Shown here: positions 56,961 through 64,000 of the stretch, piece after piece
Position numbering within the stretch: the stretch's first letter is position 1
How the letters are laid out: each line of letters starts with the position of its first letter
Notes under the pieces: generated by a model
What the model saw: the letters and a program-made list of their open reading frames with translations, nothing else
The model's database searches: none
What the model was told of the DNA's origin: nothing
Made by a program: the position numbers and the translations under genes
NCBI GenBank assembly: GCA_038065495.1
Contig: JBBTQW010000002.1
Span: 197,373-261,372 of the forward strand
DNA: 64,000 nt
From: Patescibacteria group bacterium
GTDB taxonomy: Bacteria > Patescibacteriota > Minisyncoccia > Phycocordibacterales > JACOZG01
Direction of reading: 5' to 3'

Positions 56961-58235
56961 ATGCTAGTATTTACCGAAATGAACTACTGGCGTCAAAAGG
57001 CTTATAGTTGGCTCCGTTGGAGTGAAAAATATGCGAAAGCCGACATGGTATATGTGGCTAAAGGTAACTCTTGGCAAATCCTGGGACAAATTGTGACCAC
57101 CCTCCTGTCCTTCGCCCTCTTGACGGTTTTTGCCAATTATCTACCGAAAGAAACTTACGGTCTTTATCGCTATATTCTCTCGCTGGCGAGCGTACTTGGA
57201 ACCTTCTCACTCACGGGCATGAACCAAGCCGTGGCTCAAGCTGCTGCGCGGGGAGACGAGGGCTCCTTGCGAGCATCAGTCAGATATCAATTGAAGTGGA
57301 ACAGTGTCACATTCTTGGCATTTTGTGCTTTGAGTGGATATTACTTTTATAATAACAACGTAACTGTGGCAATCTCGCTCCTAATAATGAGCATTTGTTC
57401 GCCACTAACAGCCTCTTTCAACACTTTCGGCGCTTATCTTGATGGGAAGAGACAATTTCGCCTTAACGGAATCTTCGGCATTATCTCAATTGTTGTGTAC
57501 GCCCTTAGCATGATGGTAATAATCATCCTTAGTGGTGAAGTAATCTGGCTGATTGCTATATACTCACTCTCTACCTTAGGAACAACTTTTGCTTTCTACT
57601 TGGTGACGTTACGTAAATTTAAGCCACCGACCACAGAAGCCAAAGATACTCTAAAGTACGGCCGCGAGCTGACCTTTATCGGATTTATTGGCCCCATTGT
57701 GTCCCAAATTGATAAAATTATTCTCACCCACTTCTGGGGAGCCACTCAGTTGGCTGTTTATTCTCTAGCTCTCGCGATACCAGACAGAGCTTCTATCGCT
57801 ATTAAGAACTTGGTTAGTATTGGCATGCCTAAGTTCTCAAATAAAAGCCCAACAGAGTTAAATCGTGTATTTTATCTAAGAATTTCTCAAGGTCTTCTAG
57901 TTGGCACGGTCTGCACAATTTCTTATGTAATCCTCGCGCCCTACGTCTTCACCTATCTACTACCGAAATATCTTGACGCATTATTCTATTCACAATTGCT
58001 CTCTATCGGTTTTATCTTTGGTATGCCAAATCGTTATATCAGTCTCCTGCTAACTTCTCAAAAACTATCCAAGTTAATCTTTGCTAACAGTTTAATCCAA
58101 AACACAGTAAGATTATTATTGTATGTAATTCTCGGCATCTGGGGAGGAATACTGGGTCTCGTGACAGCACAGGTGCTAAATTCTTTCATTAGTATGCTCA
58201 TTAATATTGCGATGTGGCGGTCAGTCAAAAATTAA
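56961..58235 (+). CDS. Polysaccharide flippase (Wzx/MOP superfamily)
   Basis: 424 aa with about 12 transmembrane helices. Wzx-like N-terminus (YVAKGNSWQILGQIVTTLLSFALLTVFANYL). Confidence 0.75.
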   Translation: MLVFTEMNYWRQKAYSWLRWSEKYAKADMVYVAKGNSWQILGQIVTTLLSFALLTVFANYLPKETYGLYRYILSLASVLGTFSLTGMNQAVAQAAARGDEGSLRASVRYQLKWNSVTFLAFCALSGYYFYNNNVTVAISLLIMSICSPLTASFNTFGAYLDGKRQFRLNGIFGIISIVVYALSMMVIIILSGEVIWLIAIYSLSTLGTTFAFYLVTLRKFKPPTTEAKDTLKYGRELTFIGFIGPIVSQIDKIILTHFWGATQLAVYSLALAIPDRASIAIKNLVSIGMPKFSNKSPTELNRVFYLRISQGLLVGTVCTISYVILAPYVFTYLLPKYLDALFYSQLLSIGFIFGMPNRYISLLLTSQKLSKLIFANSLIQNTVRLLLYVILGIWGGILGLVTAQVLNSFISMLINIAMWRSVKN

Positions 58236-58253
58236 ACTTATTTTTTTCTTTCC

Positions 58254-58904
58254 ATGTCTTACATTTACAAAACAGGCCGAGTCGAGCTTTATGAGCAAAT
58301 TAAGCGTCATGCTGGTTTAATCAAAGGCCGAGTGTTGGACGTTGGTGCGGGAAATTTCTCTCGCTATCAAGATTTATTCAGCTATGATCAATACCTCAAA
58401 ATGGATGTTAAGTCTGGGAAAAATATTGACGTTGTAGGAAAAGCAGAAGCAATCCCCTTCCCGGATAATACTTTTGATTCTCTGGTTTGCACACAGGTTC
58501 TGGGAGATGTTTACGACTTACAAAAAGCTTTTGCCGAATTTTATCGCGTTTTACGACCAGCTGGAGCAGCGCTTATCACCGAGAATCTCTTTGACCCACT
58601 ACATGGCGAACCTCATGATCTGTGGCGTTTTACCCAGCACAGTTTGCGCCAACTAGCCGAAAATGCCGGCTTTACAGTTGAGAGGCTCGAACGCCGTGGT
58701 GGCTACTGGAGCATTATGGCACAACTGAAAGCTCGTTACTGGATCGACCTTCTTAACGCTCACAAAAAATGGTTCGCTCGCCCGCTTAGCTTGTTACTCA
58801 AGATTCACGGCACCCTGGCACGTTGGCTTGATCGTCTCGACCACAGCCACGCCAATAAAACTTTTACTCACGGCTACCTTCTGATTGCTCGGAAAGATGC
58901 TTAA
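58254..58904 (+). CDS. Class I SAM-dependent methyltransferase
   Basis: 216 aa. Motif I VLDVGAGNF. Post-I acidic residue. Methyltransf_11-like. Confidence 0.8.
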   Translation: MSYIYKTGRVELYEQIKRHAGLIKGRVLDVGAGNFSRYQDLFSYDQYLKMDVKSGKNIDVVGKAEAIPFPDNTFDSLVCTQVLGDVYDLQKAFAEFYRVLRPAGAALITENLFDPLHGEPHDLWRFTQHSLRQLAENAGFTVERLERRGGYWSIMAQLKARYWIDLLNAHKKWFARPLSLLLKIHGTLARWLDRLDHSHANKTFTHGYLLIARKDA

Positions 58905-60645
58905 GGCAACGATCGACAACCCACTTACTTCCGTTCTTGTATGGGTCTCCAAAAAAACGCTCCTGAAGCTTTCCTAGGACCTCGGTGGGAATCTTTTTAC
59001 CTCGAAAAACGTAATCGATTAGTTCTGTTGGTGTTTCCGCAAATAACTTGTACTCCGGATCATACTCCTTCAAGTCAAAGTAGTCGCCCCACCTCCCTGT
59101 TCTGTAAAAAATTGGAGGCTTGAGCTGAAATAATGCCTCAAGTGCCGCCGTACTATGAGAACCAACGACTACATCACAAGTAGAAACTGCTTCTTGGACA
59201 CTCCCTCTTAAAATCTTTACTCGGTTCAAAAGTTCGGGCCGATGTTCCTTGAGCCACTCCTCAAAGCCGTCGCGATAGGGACGAAATTTTACATACAGAT
59301 CAATTCCTTCTGTTTCAACAAGCGCCGATAGATAAGGTAAAACTTCCACAGGATAACCCAATTGTTCACTGATAAACAATACCTTGAGAGCGCCCCCTTC
59401 TCCCCCTTCTGAGACTGGCAAGTTTGCCTTGCTCTTACTCACTTCCAATGGTCTCATTGGACCAGAAACAAACAGCTGATCAGGACGATACGCCTTACCG
59501 TTTTTTAGATAGTACTCCTTCCACCACTGACTCCAGACACCATAGGCGTCGACAGACAAAGTCTTCTCCCCATCGAATCCGGGCATGAAGTCGTGTGTGA
59601 CGAAATAACGAGAAGTGACACCATGGAGAATGCCGACGGTCGGTACGAGATTTAATTTACAGCCCAACACGGTGTGGAAACTACGTTCCGAGGCGATTTC
59701 TATCAATCCCACCCGATTACCTATCACGCGCAGGATCCACTGTGTAATGCGGATTGCCCAGATGTCGTCATAAACGGTGCGGAGATAGTGAGTGGCAAGC
59801 AGAAACTTGAATCGAACTTCCGGATTAGTTACCAAATCAAATCGTCTCAGGCCAAATTGTTGCATAGCACGACGACGACCACCCGAGATAATACTGCAAA
59901 ACCGCCCAAGAGAAGCGATTGCCTCATAATAAACGACGGGTCTTTTTCTTATCAACGCATGACGTAAGACATTACCCCAAGGCTCCAAACTTCTGATAAA
60001 TTCGACGAAAGGAACGTGCTTCCGTCGTAATTCTTCGTAAATAAACCTTACCCGAAAATCATAATCATGATTCTTCTCAAATTTGTCACCGATAAAGAAC
60101 AAGAGGCGATGCCTCTTGGCCACAAGGACAGGCAGAGATAGAGTAGTAATCATCACTTGAAGGAACACGCCGAAATGGAAAAAAGAAGGGCTTTTGAGCC
60201 CTGGTTCGCTCAGGAGTTTTACCTCGCAGCCGTGGGCGTGGAGATAGTGCAAAAACAAATTTTTGTATGGCAACTTATAAAGATACACCCGCCGAAAGCT
60301 TCGTAAATAGTCAAGAAGTTTACTATATTGCGTGTATGGCAGGCAAAAGTACAAGAAAAGGCCGTGGCAGTGCATCCACCACAGTTCATACCCCTTATAA
60401 ACAACAGATTTTGCAACGCGAGAACCGTGAGGTAAAACCACGCGAGAGAGTTCCTCGGTAAAAATACTGGCGTCACGCACGCTACCCGGACCAATTAATT
60501 CCTCAAGATCAACAAAGTTGAGATTAAGCGACCTAATCTCTGGTTGAAGCTTAGTGGAAGCGACTACTGTACCAAACTGTTGCCACCACTTTTCTTCTTG
60601 TTTGGGTACAACGTCACCAAAGATGACCAAGACAGACTCTTTCAT
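58864..60645 (-). CDS. Capsule polysaccharide biosynthesis protein, KpsC/KpsS/LpsZ-like (Capsule_synth domain)
   Basis: Start trimmed to the ATG at 60645 (MKESVLVIFGD), downstream of the terminator for the upstream gene. C-terminal ...VKFRPYRDG...RVKILRGSVQEAVSTCDVVVGSHSTAALEALFQLKPPIFYRTGRWGDYFD matches the Capsule_synth K.HP...S-T..LEAL...KP pattern. 41-nt convergent overlap with the methyltransferase gene. Confidence 0.5.
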   Translation of the reverse strand: MKESVLVIFGDVVPKQEEKWWQQFGTVVASTKLQPEIRSLNLNFVDLEELIGPGSVRDASIFTEELSRVVLPHGSRVAKSVVYKGYELWWMHCHGLFLYFCLPYTQYSKLLDYLRSFRRVYLYKLPYKNLFLHYLHAHGCEVKLLSEPGLKSPSFFHFGVFLQVMITTLSLPVLVAKRHRLLFFIGDKFEKNHDYDFRVRFIYEELRRKHVPFVEFIRSLEPWGNVLRHALIRKRPVVYYEAIASLGRFCSIISGGRRRAMQQFGLRRFDLVTNPEVRFKFLLATHYLRTVYDDIWAIRITQWILRVIGNRVGLIEIASERSFHTVLGCKLNLVPTVGILHGVTSRYFVTHDFMPGFDGEKTLSVDAYGVWSQWWKEYYLKNGKAYRPDQLFVSGPMRPLEVSKSKANLPVSEGGEGGALKVLFISEQLGYPVEVLPYLSALVETEGIDLYVKFRPYRDGFEEWLKEHRPELLNRVKILRGSVQEAVSTCDVVVGSHSTAALEALFQLKPPIFYRTGRWGDYFDLKEYDPEYKLFAETPTELIDYVFRGKKIPTEVLGKLQERFFGDPYKNGSKWVVDRCLKHLSEQSEGSRE

Positions 60646-60699
60646 TTGTTTGAAAGTAAATACTATCATCAAAAAATAGGTTGGTAAAGAAAAAGAAAA

Positions 60700-60746
60700 T
60701 GGCCGTTTTGCAACAATGTTGTCGCAAAACGGCCATTTGGCTGTGA
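60700..60746. terminator. Bidirectional terminator (aaatggccgttttgc-N-gcaaaacggccattt)
   Basis: 15-bp perfect inverted repeat flanked by A/T-rich runs. Directly after the stop codon of the 60756-61187 gene. Confidence 0.75.
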
Positions 60747-60755
60747 ATTGATCGC

Positions 60756-61187
60756 TCACTCGGTAACGTTTGGACGATACTCGAACCGCCAGATCGTCAC
60801 CTCGCTATCGGGTGAGGGCAACGGCGTGTCGTAGATGGTCGCGAGGTGGTAACGAACCAGCTCTGCGGTGGCCGTATCCGGCGCCATGCCGTGCAAGTCA
60901 TCAGCGGTCAACTCACTGATCCGCCGCACCAGACCCTCCGTGATCCGAATAGTCGTCCCATCGTCGGCGAAGAACTCGGGAGCAATGCCCTGCCCTTGGT
61001 TACCCGACTTACGGATAAAACGAACCGGGAGATCCACGCCAACGGGCAAGAAGGTGGGCTGGGTCGGATCCTTCATCCGATTACCAGGCCGCACAACCGC
61101 CTTAATGGCATGTGCCTGGAATCCCTCCATGTGGACAGAGCGGACCCAAAACGCGGGTTCCCCATACTTCGAGGCACGATTGAGCAT
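60756..61187 (-). CDS. Hypothetical protein (143 aa)
   Basis: Consensus promoter TTGACA-N16-TATACT at 61293-61266 on the minus strand. AGAGGAGAG ribosome-binding site. No family recognised. Confidence 0.5.
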   Translation of the reverse strand: MLNRASKYGEPAFWVRSVHMEGFQAHAIKAVVRPGNRMKDPTQPTFLPVGVDLPVRFIRKSGNQGQGIAPEFFADDGTTIRITEGLVRRISELTADDLHGMAPDTATAELVRYHLATIYDTPLPSPDSEVTIWRFEYRPNVTE

Positions 61188-61315
61188 TATAGCTCTCCTC
61201 TCTCTTTACGATGTTCAAATCTCGGAAAAATGCCGAGCCAGTGGCTAAAATTAGCCTCTACCCTCAGTATAGCAAACTCACAGGATTTGTCAAGTACCAC
61301 AAAAATCAGAGACTT

Positions 61316-62179
61316 CTAGGGCATTTTGGGAACATAAGTATACTTGTGCCACTCACTTGGTTTAATAGTCTTAACCTCGTCACCACACATTATTTCTGCC
61401 TTTCTCACATCCTGCACAAACTTCGCAAACTCACCGTTTTCTAAATCCAAAGCGACATCTTGGAAATGCATCCATGGTGTGTCTCCTATTTTGACATGTT
61501 TCTCAATCATCCGAGCACCGGCAGCGACAGCGAGCATACAACCCAAGGAGCCATGATCGTGACTTGAGTAGCCTGGCACAATTTTGGGATTTTTCTTACT
61601 CAAATCAACATATCGCCTGATAACAGAAATGCCGCAATCCTCAGGGGGTGTGGGATATGCTGATGTGCACTGCAGAAGATATAACTTTTCACTATTTTTA
61701 AATGTTTTCTGGATATGTTCCTCATACTCATGAGAAGTGTAGCCGGTTGATATAACCACATGTCCATCATGCTGCTCGGCTATTTTGGCATGGAAATCCT
61801 TGTGTTCGGAAATTGTAGAAGGTAACTTGAGTAGTTTTTTGTTAAAAGGTTTAAGAAGTTCAAAAGACTCAAGATCAAGTACCGATGCGAACCAGTCAAT
61901 GCCGACTTTCTTACATTCATCATCTAACTCCTGGATATCTTCGGCCGATAGCTCGATACCGTATCTAAAATCCTTCCAAGTATGACCAAAAGGAGACGAG
62001 TATTCTTTGCTCAATTGTCCGGGCGCATAAAAAGTCTCGATATTTCTCTTCTGAATCTTTACCAGATCAGCTCCAGACTCTTTGGCCAAACGAACCATTT
62101 TCTTGAGCCGCTCAATGTCACCTAGGTGGTTGGTGGTTATCTCGGCGACAATTAAAACTTTGTTTTTATTATCAAGCAT
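61316..62179 (-). CDS. NeuB-family nonulosonic (sialic/legionaminic/pseudaminic) acid synthase
   Basis: 287 aa. N-terminal VAEITTNHLGDIERLKKMVRLAKESGADLVKIQK (NeuB TIM barrel). C-terminal SAF/antifreeze-like domain (GDEVKTIKPSE). Confidence 0.75.
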   Translation of the reverse strand: MLDNKNKVLIVAEITTNHLGDIERLKKMVRLAKESGADLVKIQKRNIETFYAPGQLSKEYSSPFGHTWKDFRYGIELSAEDIQELDDECKKVGIDWFASVLDLESFELLKPFNKKLLKLPSTISEHKDFHAKIAEQHDGHVVISTGYTSHEYEEHIQKTFKNSEKLYLLQCTSAYPTPPEDCGISVIRRYVDLSKKNPKIVPGYSSHDHGSLGCMLAVAAGARMIEKHVKIGDTPWMHFQDVALDLENGEFAKFVQDVRKAEIMCGDEVKTIKPSEWHKYTYVPKMP

Positions 62180-62867
62180 GGTGATTATTTTCGACTTTAA
62201 AAGAATACGTCTGATTTGGGATCAAGAATTCTCCCTTGTAAGCTTCCCCATTCACATAAACACTCAACCCGTGCTCTAAGGCCAAATTCAGTCCAGCAAG
62301 AATGTCCCATGACCTTGCTGACTTTGGTTTCTCAAAGCTGTGGTAAGAACCAATTACAACGTTGTACATACCATAAACAGCACAACTGGGCAAGCGGTAT
62401 TCTACACCCTCTTCCAAGCTTTCTCGATACGGCTTGTAAAGAGATGAGGAAGAAAGACCCCGGATCCTTGACTGGTTTTTGCCCGGAAGCGTGTCCCCCG
62501 TTGAGAGGCATAGATCGAGCTCGGGAAGCATAAGCATTGATTCTTCGTGTTTACCCTTTTTGTAAATTGAGACGGAAACGCCCCATTCTTTGAGACCAGA
62601 TGTGAAATTTTCAGTACCATCGATTGGGTCTAAAACGATATAATTTTTGTTTTCATCAAATACAAAGTTGCCCAGATCCATCTCTTCAGAGACAACTTCG
62701 TAATCACCCCCGATTGATTTTACATAATCCATAATGAGTTGCTGACAGAGCATATCGCCTTCAGTGACTGGGCTATTATCTCCTTTCATTGTTCTTTTCT
62801 GCCGCAGATTAAGAATCTCATTTAGATTCTCTGAAACTAGTTTGTAGATATCCCGGCAATTACTCAT
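62172..62867 (-). CDS. Inositol-monophosphatase-family sugar phosphatase
   Basis: Start trimmed to MSNCRD. Metal-binding motifs EEMD...LDPIDGT and WDILAG. 8-nt overlap with the NeuA-like gene. Confidence 0.65.
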   Translation of the reverse strand: MSNCRDIYKLVSENLNEILNLRQKRTMKGDNSPVTEGDMLCQQLIMDYVKSIGGDYEVVSEEMDLGNFVFDENKNYIVLDPIDGTENFTSGLKEWGVSVSIYKKGKHEESMLMLPELDLCLSTGDTLPGKNQSRIRGLSSSSLYKPYRESLEEGVEYRLPSCAVYGMYNVVIGSYHSFEKPKSARSWDILAGLNLALEHGLSVYVNGEAYKGEFLIPNQTYSFKVENNHHA

Positions 62868-63546
62868 CAGAAATGGTGACCAAAATCTTTTCTGCAATAG
62901 CAAGATCGTCTTCATCATCTATATCGACGCCGTATAACTTATCGACAATAACAGCACCAACATTATTTCCAAGAAAAGCGGTTCCAGAATTTTTAGGTTT
63001 ACCACGGAAAACATCAGTGCTAAATACCTTGTACCTCTTACCCACTTCCTGACGTCTAATCATAGACCTGCCACGATCATCAAAATCTGGTCTGAGAATA
63101 CCATCTTCAACCCTGTAGAGCCGGCACTCAGTTTCCACCACAGTCCTACAGGCAGTTAGACTCTCATCTTTGATCAATCTGTCTATGCATTCTTTAACTG
63201 AGGCGAGATTGCGGAAAATGAACGTTGGCCTGAGCCAAACAAAAATATCTGGATATTCTATCCCATGCTCATCAAATTTTTGATATAAGTCCTCAAGAAT
63301 ATGTTCCTCCATTGCTGTATCAGAAGCAGCAAATTCCGACCTAAGAAAGGGAACCTCTGCCCCAAATTTTTTAGCAATTTCGGCGTATTCCGCTGAATCA
63401 GTTGAACAAATCACCTTGTCTACTCCCAGTTTCTTAGCAAATTCTATCGAGTGACCAATGAGCTCCTTCCCACCGACCTTGCGGATATTCTTATTCGGCA
63501 CTCCTTTAGAACCACTTCGAGCCGGGATAATGGCATATATTTTCAT
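62860..63546 (-). CDS. Acylneuraminate (nonulosonic acid) cytidylyltransferase, CMP-NeuAc synthetase family
   Basis: 228 aa. N-terminal IPARSGSKGVPNKN is the CTP-binding signature of NeuA/KdsB-like cytidylyltransferases. Confidence 0.85.
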   Translation of the reverse strand: MKIYAIIPARSGSKGVPNKNIRKVGGKELIGHSIEFAKKLGVDKVICSTDSAEYAEIAKKFGAEVPFLRSEFAASDTAMEEHILEDLYQKFDEHGIEYPDIFVWLRPTFIFRNLASVKECIDRLIKDESLTACRTVVETECRLYRVEDGILRPDFDDRGRSMIRRQEVGKRYKVFSTDVFRGKPKNSGTAFLGNNVGAVIVDKLYGVDIDDEDDLAIAEKILVTISDE

Positions 63547-63561
63547 AGAGGGAACACTATA

Positions 63562-64000
63562 TCATAATCTCTTTATTCCCACAAAAATATATGTTCCGTA
63601 ATGATGCCGCGGATTACGGCTTACTGCTCTGGGTAAGACTTTCTTCATTTTGATTTCATATAAACCATCTAGCAAACCGTCTAGCGTTTGATCGTGGAGC
63701 TTAATCGGATGGCCAACGAATCCCCTGTCTTCCTGACGTTGTTTGGCAATATCTGCTTCGTCACTCAAATCCTGACCAAAAACAAAATAACCACCAGGCT
63801 TGAGAACCCTATGAATCTCTGACAAACAAGCGCTGGTGTCCTGGACATGATCCAATACATTGTTACAGATCACTAGATCAAAAGAGTCATCTGGAAATTC
63901 TAAACTCTCCCCCTTGCCAACAGAAGTGAAAATCTTCCCCTTCTTGGCCATTTCGGCCAGCCAATTTAGTTTAAAGCTCAAATACAAATCCATCAATGGA
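63562..64000 (-). CDS. Class I SAM-dependent methyltransferase (5'-truncated by the window edge)
   Basis: The visible C-terminal part has ...LVICNNVLDHVQD...LKPGGYFVF, which are Methyltransf_11 motifs II/III. Motif I is missing, so the gene probably starts beyond 64000. Confidence 0.6.
   Translation of the reverse strand, partial: PLMDLYLSFKLNWLAEMAKKGKIFTSVGKGESLEFPDDSFDLVICNNVLDHVQDTSACLSEIHRVLKPGGYFVFGQDLSDEADIAKQRQEDRGFVGHPIKLHDQTLDGLLDGLYEIKMKKVLPRAVSRNPRHHYGTYIFVGIKRL

Noticed and set aside
1-64000. CRISPR arrays, rRNA genes, transposases or integrases
   Set aside because: No regularly spaced direct repeats, no rRNA-like conserved blocks, and no DDE or tyrosine-recombinase ORFs were seen. 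The only mobile-element-like signals are the compositional island at the tRNA-Ile and the short palindromic and promoter repeats.

Overview
This 64-kb window looks like a small-genome, host-dependent bacterium of the Candidate Phyla Radiation (Patescibacteria) type, possibly Saccharibacteria-like. That is an inference from gene content: a complete type IV pilus (T4P)/competence locus, many secreted repeat proteins, little metabolism, and cofactor-dependent enzymes with no cofactor biosynthesis in view.

Layout, left to right:
- 151-2160: NAD-dependent DNA ligase (ligA).
- 2.2-14.5 kb, one minus-strand T4P/competence cluster: a pilus-associated protein, three pseudopilins, pilD, three tandem pilin paralogs, pilC, pilT, a CheY-like receiver, pilB, a PilP-like gene, pilO, pilN, pilM. 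comF follows on the plus strand.
- 15.6-17.7 kb: tRNA-Ser and an FtsX/MacB-type ABC pair.
- 18.1-21.1 kb: a redox and membrane module (MsrP/sulfite-oxidase-like Mo-enzyme, FNR-like flavoprotein, DoxX, TMEM175-like channel), then tag.
- 21.8-29.2 kb: recG, an AT-rich HEPN-like gene sitting against a tRNA-Ile(UAU), ftsH, tRNA-Gly, an FtsB-like gene, lepA.
- 29.8-38.6 kb: murJ, a previously unannotated RNase P RNA (rnpB), a B12-dependent class II ribonucleotide reductase (nrdJ), a ROK kinase, a SIS-domain isomerase, typA.
- 38.7-43.9 kb: a frameshifted gene remnant, an acyl-lipid desaturase, an RRM RNA-binding protein, gatB, a candidate sRNA, murB.
- 44-51 kb: three secreted surface proteins (PKD/Fn3; unknown; PG-binding with ENSFTT repeats) and secA.
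- 51.5-64 kb: a surface-glycan locus: Wzy_C ligase/O-OTase-like protein with TPR repeats, gmd, two or three glycosyltransferases, a Wzx flippase, methyltransferases, a KpsC/KpsS-like capsule transferase, NeuB-like and NeuA-like nonulosonate genes, an IMPase-family gene.

Things the protein-coding annotation does not explain:
- The HEPN-like/zinc-ribbon gene next to a tRNA, a single-gene defence-island candidate.
- An ~90-nt promoter-plus-leader module present twice in inverted orientation about 12 kb apart.
- A promoter/terminator-bounded ~190-nt sRNA candidate upstream of gatB.
- A 16-codon micro-gene with its own promoter, Shine-Dalgarno site and terminator.
- A family of GGGG-type palindromic hairpins at minus-strand gene ends.

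No CRISPR array, rRNA, transposase or clustered DnaA boxes were seen.
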